Shown: positions 42,121 through 49,330 of the stretch, piece after piece
Layout: each line of letters begins with the position of its first letter
Numbering within the stretch: the first letter of the stretch is position 1
Assembly (NCBI GenBank): GCA_036568605.1
Contig: DATCSE010000038.1
Location: forward strand, 1-51,549
DNA length: 51,549 nt
Origin: Burkholderiaceae bacterium
Lineage (GTDB): Bacteria > Pseudomonadota > Gammaproteobacteria > Burkholderiales > Burkholderiaceae_C
Direction of reading: 5' to 3'
The notes under the pieces: generated by a model
Database searches by the model: none
Seen by the model: the letters and a program-made list of their open reading frames with translations, nothing else
What the model was told of the DNA's origin: nothing
Translations under genes and position numbers: made by a program

Positions 42121-42399
42121 GTGGCCACGGTCCTCGACAAACAACTCAAGCGGCAAGTCACCGTCGATGGCGTGGAGTACACCGTCGCCCTCGATCCCGA
42201 TGGCTTTCGGTTGACCGGCAAAGGCAAGAGACGGCCTCAAGTCGAACTGCGCTGGCGCGATCTGTTGAGCGGCGACGCCGCCATGGCCGTCGCCCTGAAC
42301 GCTTCTCTGTCGACGAAGCGGCCGCCCGCCGCCAAGCCGGTGACCGAACCGCCGCCCGATCGAGCGCGCCAGCGTGCGCCCAAGAAACCGCCGCGCTAG
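42121..42399 (+). CDS. Hypothetical small basic protein
   Basis: ORF 42076-42399; the most plausible start is GTG 42121. No recognisable domain. Codon usage is somewhat less GC3-biased than in its neighbours. Confidence 0.35.
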   Translation: MATVLDKQLKRQVTVDGVEYTVALDPDGFRLTGKGKRRPQVELRWRDLLSGDAAMAVALNASLSTKRPPAAKPVTEPPPDRARQRAPKKPPR

Positions 42400-42435
42400 C
42401 CCGCGTTGCCCACCGATACCCCGACACACTCGCCC

Positions 42436-42993
42436 ATGCCGTTGCCAACCCCGACGCTGCACACCGCTCGCCTGCTGTTGCGACCGTGCACGCAAGCCGA
42501 CACGGACGCCCTCTTCCTGCTGCACACCAACCCGCGCGTTCTGCGCTACTGGGACTCACCGCCCTGGAAGGAACGCGCGCGAGCGGAGCGCTTCATCGCG
42601 TCTTGCCGGCAACTCGAGCAGGAAGGCAGCGGCGCGCGGCTGGCCATCGAGCGTGCCGCCGATCGCACGTTCATCGGCTGGTGCTGCCTGGTCAAATGGA
42701 ATGCCGACTATCGCAGCGCGACGATGGGCTACTGCCTCGACGATGCGGCCTGGGGCCAAGGCTTTGCCACCGAAGCCGCAGGCGCCTTGTTGCAGTGGGG
42801 CTTCGACACGCTGGACCTGAACCGGGTTCAGGCCGAGACCGACACCCGCAACACCGCTTCGAGCCGCGTGCTGGAAAAGCTCCGCTTCGTCCGCGAGGGC
42901 ACGCTGCGCGAAGACTGCATCGTCGATGGCGAGGTATCGGACTCCTGGGTGTACGGGCTTCTGCGGCGGGAATGGGCGCCGCAGTCGCCCTGA
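42436..42993 (+). CDS. GNAT-family N-acetyltransferase (RimJ/RimL-like)
   Basis: L.T.RLLLRP....D...L..L..NP.V.RYW........A..FI........G...R.AI........IGWC.L......Y.SA.MGY.L....WGQG.ATEAA.ALL.WGF..L.LNRV.AETD.RN..S.RVLEKL.F..EG.LRE. Confidence 0.85.
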   Translation: MPLPTPTLHTARLLLRPCTQADTDALFLLHTNPRVLRYWDSPPWKERARAERFIASCRQLEQEGSGARLAIERAADRTFIGWCCLVKWNADYRSATMGYCLDDAAWGQGFATEAAGALLQWGFDTLDLNRVQAETDTRNTASSRVLEKLRFVREGTLREDCIVDGEVSDSWVYGLLRREWAPQSP

Positions 42994-42996
42994 TCG

Positions 42997-43752
42997 TCAC
43001 GACGCCTTGCGCTGCTGCGCGAGCCAGCTCTCGAAGCGCACCGCGCCGATGCGCGCACCGCTGGCCGGCACCAGCGACTGGTCGTCGACCTCGACACCGA
43101 AGTACAGGGCCTTCGGATCGGACACCACTCGTCGCGGGTCGCCCACGGCTTCGAGATAGCGCCGCACGATCGTCGCCATCGGCAGTCGCTCCGGCCCCGC
43201 GACCTCGACCGTGCCGTTCACCGGTGCAGCCAGCGCCGCATCCGCGACGGCGGCCACCACGTCGTCCGACGAGATCGGCTGCATCAACGCATCGGAGAGA
43301 TGGATCGCATCGCCCTTCGCCCCCGACTGCGCGATCGCGCCCGTGAACTCGAAGAACTGGGTGGCGTGGACGATGGTGTAGGGAATGCCGGATGCCTTGA
43401 TCAACCGCTCCTGCGCCATCTTGCCGCGAAAGTAGCCGCTGCCTTGCAGCCGCTCGGTGCCCACCACCGACAGCGCCACGTGGTGCTGCACGTCGGCGGC
43501 CTGCTCGGCCGCGAGCAAATTGCGGCCCGAGGTCTCGAAGAATTCGAGCACCGCCTTGTCCTCGAACGAGGGCGAGTTGGCGACGTCGACCACGACGCGG
43601 GCACCGGCCAGCGCTTCGCGCAGGCCTTCGCCGGTGATCGTGTTGACGCCGGTGCTGGGGGAGGCGGCGACGACGTCGTGGCCGCGGTGGCGCAAGGTGT
43701 TGACGAGCTTCGAGCCGATCAGGCCGGAGCCTCCGATGACAACGATCTTCAT
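42997..43752 (-). CDS. NmrA-like / SDR-family NAD(P)-binding oxidoreductase
   Basis: MKIVVIGGSGLIGSKLV is a Rossmann GxxGxxG motif; 251 aa. Confidence 0.85.
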   Translation of the reverse strand: MKIVVIGGSGLIGSKLVNTLRHRGHDVVAASPSTGVNTITGEGLREALAGARVVVDVANSPSFEDKAVLEFFETSGRNLLAAEQAADVQHHVALSVVGTERLQGSGYFRGKMAQERLIKASGIPYTIVHATQFFEFTGAIAQSGAKGDAIHLSDALMQPISSDDVVAAVADAALAAPVNGTVEVAGPERLPMATIVRRYLEAVGDPRRVVSDPKALYFGVEVDDQSLVPASGARIGAVRFESWLAQQRKAS

Positions 43753-43769
43753 CGCAATCTCCTTCTTCG

Positions 43770-43925
43770 TCAGCGAACAGGCGCGACCGGTTTAAGGATA
43801 GGCGCTCCCTTGTCCTTCACAAGGAAGACGACGAACTTCGCAGGCTGGGTGCTGCTCGCGTTGCGCCCGACGACATGCACGTCGTCGGGCCCTTCGTAGA
43901 AGGTCTGGCCCGGCGTGAGCGTCAC
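43770..43925 (-). pseudogene. 5'-truncated cupin-domain gene remnant
   Basis: Only the last 51 codons (VTLTPGQTFYEGPDDVHVVGRNASSTQPAKFVVFLVKDKGAPILKPV...) look like the C-terminal strands of a small cupin. The metal-binding N-terminal two thirds are absent. The upstream part of ORF 43770-44009 is non-cupin and overlaps the EEP gene on the other strand. Confidence 0.55.
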
Positions 43926-43972
43926 GGCCGCGCACAAGAAAAAGCGGAGCGCGATTGCGGCAAACTCGCCTG

Positions 43973-44671
43973 ATGCGCATCGTCGCCTGGAACTGCTGCC
44001 GCGGCCCATTCGAGAAGAAGCTGGCGGCGCTGGCGCAACTGGCGCCCGACGTGGCCATCATCAGCGAGGCGCTGGCACCCACCAGGGAGACGGACCAGTT
44101 GCGCTGGTTCCCTTCCAACGCCTCGCGCCTCGGCATCCAGGTGCGCGCATTCAACGGCCATCGCCTGAAGCGCCTGAGGATCGTGCCCGAGCTTCCGCAC
44201 TGCGTGGTCCCGCTGCGCGTCACGGGCGGCCTCGTCGACTTCAATCTCCTGGCGGTGTGGACCTGGCCCGCGCCGAGCTACACCCAGGCCTTCCTGAACG
44301 GCCTCAGGGCCTACGCGAAGCTGCTGGGACGCGGCCCGACCGTCGTCGCCGGCGACTTCAACGGCAACCCGGTGTTCGACAAGCCCACGGCGCGGGTGAA
44401 GTGGTGGAGCCAGGGCTTCGGGCTGCTGCATGACGCCGGCCTCGTCAGCGCGTACCACTGTTTTCACGATGTCGCGTACGGCCGCGAGCCGCACGCCACC
44501 CACCATTTCCTGCGCAAGCCCGATCGGCCCTTCCACATCGACTTCTGCTTCGTGCCCGCGGCCTGGGCCGACGCCAGGCTCGACGTGCACCTGCCCGCGG
44601 CAGCCGAGTGGCAAGCCTTGAGCGACCACTTTCCGCTGGTCGTCGATACGCTGGCCCCCGGCGTTGCGTGA
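43973..44671 (+). CDS. Endonuclease/exonuclease/phosphatase (EEP)-family protein
   Basis: MRIVAWNCC...PDVAIISE...LLAVW......VVAGDFN....F.........SDHFPLVVD; the terminal SDH motif is typical of the EEP fold. Confidence 0.75.
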   Translation: MRIVAWNCCRGPFEKKLAALAQLAPDVAIISEALAPTRETDQLRWFPSNASRLGIQVRAFNGHRLKRLRIVPELPHCVVPLRVTGGLVDFNLLAVWTWPAPSYTQAFLNGLRAYAKLLGRGPTVVAGDFNGNPVFDKPTARVKWWSQGFGLLHDAGLVSAYHCFHDVAYGREPHATHHFLRKPDRPFHIDFCFVPAAWADARLDVHLPAAAEWQALSDHFPLVVDTLAPGVA

Positions 44672-44690
44672 ACCGCCGCGCGCGTGTTGC

Positions 44691-45482
44691 TCAAGCAGGA
44701 GCCGCCGCCTGTCGGGCGGCGCGCCCTTGCAGCCAGTGCACCAGGGCGAGCAGCAGGACAGACGCGACGATCAGCAGCGTGGCGACCGCGGTGATCGTCG
44801 GGCTGATCGACTCACGCACGCCGCTCCACATCTGGCGTGGCAAGGTGCGCTGCTCGGATCCCGCGAGGAAGAGCGCGACCACCACCTCGTCGAACGACGT
44901 GATGAACGCGAACAACGCACCCGAGGCGACGCCCGGCGAGATCACCGGCAGCATGACGCGAAAGAACGCGCGCACCGGGCTCGCACCGAGGCTCGCGGCA
45001 GCGCGCATCAGGTTGTGGTCGAAGCCCGACAGCGTGGCCATCACCGTGATCACGACGAAGGGTGCGCCCAGCGCCGTGTGCGCGATCACCAGACCGGTCA
45101 GCGTGTTCGCCAGGCCCACGCGCGCGAAGCAGTAGTAGATGCCCACCGCGCTGACGATCACCGGAATGATCATCGGCGAAATCAGGAGCGCCATGATGCT
45201 GGCACGCCAGGGGCAATCGCGGCGCGACAGGCCCAGCGCCGCGAGCGTGCCCAGCACCGTGGACGCGAGCGTCGCGAAGAACGCCACGATGAGGCTGTTG
45301 CGCAGCGCGAGCTGCCACACGTCGGAGTGGATGAACTCGCGGTACCACTGCAGCGACAGCCCCGGCATCGGGTAGGTGAAGAACGGCTCGGCGTTGAACG
45401 ACAGCGGCACGATCGCGACGATCGGCGCCACGAGAAACAGCATCACGGCGATGCCGAAGGCACGCAGCAGCATGGTCGTCAC
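44691..45482 (-). CDS. ABC transporter permease (PotC/PotI-like)
   Basis: 6-TM binding-protein-dependent permease with an EAA-type loop (NLMRAAASLGASPVRAFFRVMLP). The GTG start overlaps the upstream stop (GTGA, 45479-45482); an alternative ATG is at 45473. Confidence 0.88.
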   Translation of the reverse strand: MTTMLLRAFGIAVMLFLVAPIVAIVPLSFNAEPFFTYPMPGLSLQWYREFIHSDVWQLALRNSLIVAFFATLASTVLGTLAALGLSRRDCPWRASIMALLISPMIIPVIVSAVGIYYCFARVGLANTLTGLVIAHTALGAPFVVITVMATLSGFDHNLMRAAASLGASPVRAFFRVMLPVISPGVASGALFAFITSFDEVVVALFLAGSEQRTLPRQMWSGVRESISPTITAVATLLIVASVLLLALVHWLQGRAARQAAAPA

Positions 45483-46759
45483 CCCATTCGCAGCTTGTCG
45501 ATGCCCACCAGGCGGTGGTACAGCGCATACAGCACGAGCACCAGCGCCAGCAGCGTGGCGCTCAGCGCGGCGGCCATGCCCCAATTGGTGACCTGGCTCG
45601 CGAAGTACGCGATGAAGTAGCTCAGCATCTGGTCCTGCGGGCCGCCCACCAGCGCCGGCGTGATGTAGTAGCCGAGCGCGAGGATGAACACCAGCAGCGC
45701 CCCGGCGCTGACGCCGGGCAGGCTCAGCGGCAGGTACACGCGCAGGAAGGCCGACACCGGCGGCGCGCCCAGCGACGCCGCCGCGCGCATGTAGTTGGGC
45801 GGGATGCTCTTCATCACGCTGTAGATCGGCAGCACCATGAAGGGCAGCAGGATGTGCGTCATCGCGATCAGCACGCCGATGCGGTTGTGGATCAGCTCCA
45901 GCGGATGCTGCGGATCGACGAGCCCGAGCCAGCCCAGCACGCTGTTGACCACGCCGCCGCTCTGCAGCACGACCACCCAGGCCGTCGTGCGCACCAGCAG
46001 CGAGGTCCAGAACGGCAGCAGCACCATCAGCAGCAGCAGGCGTGCGGTGCGCGCCGGCGCCGTCGCGATCCAGTACGCGAGCGGATAGCCCAGCAGCAGG
46101 CAGATCAGCGTCACCGACAGGCTGATCGCGAAGGTGCGCAGGATCACGTCGCGGTAGATCGCGTTGTCGTCCTGCGCGGTCGCGATGTCGCCGTGCGCGT
46201 CGCGCCGCAGGTCGACCGACGCGAGCAGGTAGAAGTCGGTGGCCGTCGGCAGCGCGCGGCGGATCACGCTCCAGGTGACCGGCTCGCCCCAGCGCTCGTC
46301 GATCTCCTTCAGGCGCTGCAGCCCCGTGCCCGCCGGCACCGGCTCGCGGTTCACCTCGCGTGCCGTCTTCAGCACCATCGAGCGCAGGCCCGACTGGTAG
46401 TAGTTCAGTCGCTTCGCGACCTCGGCCACGCCCTCGCGCGGGCTGTCGCGCAGGTCGGCGACCAGCGCATCGCCGAGCGCGGCGCTCGGTGCGTTGTCCG
46501 CGGTCCAGGCCTTCATCGCCCGCGCGGTCGCCGGCAACATGGCGGAGACCTCGCGGTTGTCGACGGCGCGCGTGAGCAGCATGCCGATCGGCACGACGAA
46601 CACGAGCAGCAGGAACAGCAGCAGCGGCGCGATCAGCGCGATCGCCTTCCAGCGGCTCACGCGCTGCAGCCGCGCGATCTGGCGGCGCAGCACGGCGCGA
46701 TCGCCGTCGCTCGTGTCGGACACCGCGTGCGCGGTGTCCGTGGCCAGGGCCAGGCTCAT
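45479..46759 (-). CDS. ABC transporter permease (PotB/PotH-like) with a large extra loop after TM1
   Basis: C-terminal 230 aa is a typical PotB-type permease (NYMRAAASLGAPPVSAFLRVYLP). The N-terminal 190 aa has one TM followed by a soluble segment of about 145 aa. Confidence 0.88.
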   Translation of the reverse strand: MSLALATDTAHAVSDTSDGDRAVLRRQIARLQRVSRWKAIALIAPLLLFLLLVFVVPIGMLLTRAVDNREVSAMLPATARAMKAWTADNAPSAALGDALVADLRDSPREGVAEVAKRLNYYQSGLRSMVLKTAREVNREPVPAGTGLQRLKEIDERWGEPVTWSVIRRALPTATDFYLLASVDLRRDAHGDIATAQDDNAIYRDVILRTFAISLSVTLICLLLGYPLAYWIATAPARTARLLLLMVLLPFWTSLLVRTTAWVVVLQSGGVVNSVLGWLGLVDPQHPLELIHNRIGVLIAMTHILLPFMVLPIYSVMKSIPPNYMRAAASLGAPPVSAFLRVYLPLSLPGVSAGALLVFILALGYYITPALVGGPQDQMLSYFIAYFASQVTNWGMAAALSATLLALVLVLYALYHRLVGIDKLRMG

Positions 46760-46764
46760 GACAG

Positions 46765-46814
46765 CCCCTCGTCCGATGAGTACATCGGCCGATCCCCCGA
46801 GGGGATGCGGGCCG
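46765..46814 (-). repeat. Structured intercistronic element (family B), copy 2, directly upstream of the permease gene
   Basis: Its reverse complement is CGGCCCGCATCCCCTCGGGGGATCGGCCGATGTACTCATCGGACGAGGGG, identical to 18123-18172 at 46 of 50 positions. It has the same 5-nt spacing from GAGGGG to the ATG. Confidence 0.85.
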
Positions 46815-46849
46815 CATGGGCCACGAAGTGGGCCACTTCGTGGCCCATG
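46815..46849. repeat. Perfect 35-bp palindrome (17-bp arms, 1-nt centre)
   Basis: CATGGGCCACGAAGTGG-G-CCACTTCGTGGCCCATG, located between the SBP gene stop (46923) and the permease start (46759). Confidence 0.9.
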
Positions 46850-46922
46850 GGAGCGGCCCGGCGCTCGGCCCTCGGAAGCAAGGTCGACACAGGGTGTCCC
46901 ATGGCAATCGCCTAGCGGTGGA

Positions 46923-47978
46923 TCAACGCGCGAGCCACTTGTTGAAGCGCTCGGTGAGCTCTTCTTCGTGGTCCGCCCAGAACTGCGGCGACACGACGAA
47001 GGCCGTCTTCACGTTCGCCGGCGCGTTCGGCAGGTCGGCCTGGATCGCGGCCGGCACCTTGTTCATCGCGGCCTTCAGCGTCGGGCCGTACGAGATGTAC
47101 TGCGACTGCATGGCCATCACGTCGGGCTTGGCGCTGAAGGCGACGAACTGCTGCGCCAGCGCCAGGTTCTTCGAGCCCTTGGGAATGGCCCACAGGTTGA
47201 AGTCCAGGCCCTGGCCGTCCCACACGATCTTGAAGTGCTTGCCGCTGTTCTTCACCGCGTCGTAGATGCGGCCGTTCCAGGCGGTGGTCATCACGACCTC
47301 GCCGTCGGCGAGCAGCTGCGGCGGCTGCGCGCCCGCGGTCCACCACACCTTCACGTAGGGGCGCAGCTGCTCGAGCTTGTTGAACGCGCGGTCGGCGCCG
47401 GCCTTGGTGCCGAGCACCTTGTAGACGTCCTTGGGCGCGACGCCGTCGGCGATCAGCGCGAACTCCAGCGTCGTCTTCGGCGACTTGCGCAACGCGCGCG
47501 GGCCGGGAAACTTCTTCACGTCCCACAGGTCGGCCATGGTCTGCGGGCCGCCCTGCGGGAACTTGTCGACGTTGTAGGCGTAGATCGTGCCGAAGACGAT
47601 GGTGCCCAGCGCGCAGTCGTAGGCGGCGCCGTCGATGAACTTGTCCTTGCCGCCGAGCTTGCTGTAGTCGATCTTCTCGAGCCAGCCTTCGTCGCAGCCC
47701 TGCAGCGCATGGCTGGGCTCGACGTCCACCACGTCCCAGGTCACCTGCTTGGTCTCGACCATGCCCTTGATCTTGGCGACCGAGCCGTCCCACTCGTCCT
47801 GCAGCACCTTGGTGCCGGTGGCCTTGGCGAAGGGCTCCATGTAGGTCTTCTCCTGGCTCTTGGTGTAGGCGCCGCCCCAGGATGTGACGGTCAGCGTGGA
47901 CTGCGCGAGCGCAGGCGCCGCGATCGATGTCGCAGCGATCACCATGACGGCCTGGAGGGCGAGGGACTTGCGGTTCAT
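46923..47978 (-). CDS. ABC transporter substrate-binding protein (PotD/PotF-like polyamine/amine type)
   Basis: Signal peptide MNRKSLALQAVMVIAATSIAAPALA, then LTVTSWGGAYTKSQ... AGGAG lies 6 nt upstream of ATG 47978. Confidence 0.88.
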   Translation of the reverse strand: MNRKSLALQAVMVIAATSIAAPALAQSTLTVTSWGGAYTKSQEKTYMEPFAKATGTKVLQDEWDGSVAKIKGMVETKQVTWDVVDVEPSHALQGCDEGWLEKIDYSKLGGKDKFIDGAAYDCALGTIVFGTIYAYNVDKFPQGGPQTMADLWDVKKFPGPRALRKSPKTTLEFALIADGVAPKDVYKVLGTKAGADRAFNKLEQLRPYVKVWWTAGAQPPQLLADGEVVMTTAWNGRIYDAVKNSGKHFKIVWDGQGLDFNLWAIPKGSKNLALAQQFVAFSAKPDVMAMQSQYISYGPTLKAAMNKVPAAIQADLPNAPANVKTAFVVSPQFWADHEEELTERFNKWLAR

Positions 47979-48027
47979 GAACGACTCCTGCAGGGAAGTG
48001 AGGGAAGAGAACGAGGGCCAGGACGCG

Positions 48028-49125
48028 TCACTGCAGCGGCAGTGCGCGGCAACGGTCGGCCTCCCAGCCGACGGTGACCTGCATGCCGGCCGCGAGCCGC
48101 GGCAGCGGCGCATCGTGAGGCAGCTTCACGAGGAACTCGGGTGCGCCGCAGGCGTGCAGGCTGAGCCGCGTGTGGTCGCCGTGGTAGACGAGGTCGGCCA
48201 CGCGGGCGGACACGGCATTGAGGCGATCGCTGGCCTCCTGCCCGTCCGGCAGCAGGCGCACCTTCTCGGGCCGCAGCGACAGCGCCGCTTCCCGCCCGAC
48301 GGCCAGGCCGGGGCCGCTGCGCGCCTTCACCACCGTGCCATCGCCGCAGCGCAGCGTGCAGTGCTCGTCGCCCAGGTCGTGCACGCTGCCGCGCACCGTG
48401 TTGTTCTCGCCGATGAACTGCGCGACGAACAGGTTGGCCGGCGATTCGTAGAGCTCGTCGGGCGGCGCGAGCTGCTGCATCACGCCCTGATCGAACACGC
48501 CGACGCGGTCGGACATCGTCAGCGCCTCGGACTGGTCGTGCGTGACATAGACGACGTTGATGCCCAGGCGCCGGTGCAGCGCCTTGATCTCGAGCTGCAT
48601 GTGCTCGCGCAGCTGCTTGTCCAGCGCGCCCAGCGGCTCGTCCATCAGCACCAGCTTGGGCTCGAACACCATCGCACGCGCCAACGCGACGCGCTGCTGC
48701 TGACCGCCCGAGAGCTGCGCCGGGCGCCGCTGTTCCAGGCCGCCCAGGCGCACCATGTCGACCGCGCGCTTCACGCGAGCCTGGATGTCCGAGCTGCCCA
48801 TGCCGCGCATGCGCAGCGGGAACGCGACGTTGTCCGCGACGCTCATGTGCGGGAACAGCGCGTAGTTCTGGAACACCACGCCGATGTTGCGGTGGTGCGC
48901 CGGCACCTGGTCGATGCGCCGGCCGTCCAGGTGGATCTCGCCGGCACTCGGCGCCTCGAAGCCGGCGAGCATCATCAGGCTCGTGGTCTTGCCCGAGCCG
49001 GACGGCCCCAGCAGCGTGAGGAACTCGCCTTGCGGCACGCTCAGGTCCAGCGAGCGCACCACGTAGCTGTTGCCGTCGTAGGACTTGCGGACCGAGTCGA
49101 AGCGGATGAATTCGGCGGCGCTCAT
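48028..49125 (-). CDS. ABC transporter ATP-binding protein (PotA/PotG-like)
   Basis: Walker A GPSGSGKTT, signature LSGGQQQRVALARA, Walker B LVLMDEPLGALD, and a C-terminal TOBE-like domain. Confidence 0.93.
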   Translation of the reverse strand: MSAAEFIRFDSVRKSYDGNSYVVRSLDLSVPQGEFLTLLGPSGSGKTTSLMMLAGFEAPSAGEIHLDGRRIDQVPAHHRNIGVVFQNYALFPHMSVADNVAFPLRMRGMGSSDIQARVKRAVDMVRLGGLEQRRPAQLSGGQQQRVALARAMVFEPKLVLMDEPLGALDKQLREHMQLEIKALHRRLGINVVYVTHDQSEALTMSDRVGVFDQGVMQQLAPPDELYESPANLFVAQFIGENNTVRGSVHDLGDEHCTLRCGDGTVVKARSGPGLAVGREAALSLRPEKVRLLPDGQEASDRLNAVSARVADLVYHGDHTRLSLHACGAPEFLVKLPHDAPLPRLAAGMQVTVGWEADRCRALPLQ

Positions 49126-49166
49126 GACTTCCCTTCAGCGACGAGAGACGGTTGGCGTGCCACTAC

Positions 49167-49180
49167 TGTATGACCATACA
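49167..49180. promoter_or_regulatory. Candidate GntR/MocR operator in the divergent promoter region
   Basis: TGTAT-GACC-ATACA inverted repeat with the GT..AC core typical of GntR-family sites. It lies in the only AT-rich stretch (about 49160-49260) between the ABC operon and the MocR gene. Confidence 0.35.
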
Positions 49181-49330
49181 ATCAACAAATCAACGCAATT
49201 TAATGACTTATCGTGTGGTACAAACCCGCATGGCGTTTGACCTGTAGCAGACAACAATCGACTTCGACGCTTGCGCGACGCCCGGCCTGGAACAGCTCCG
49301 ACCCGTCGAAGTCATACAAGTGAGACAACA

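Noticed and set aside
41033-42214. A 393-aa ORF spanning the GFA / DHFR-like / hypothetical region in another frame, including the MEYKLTWPRSS tail at 42104.
   Set aside because: It is out of frame with the two domain-bearing genes it overlaps. Its translation is Arg/Pro/Gly-rich with no motifs.
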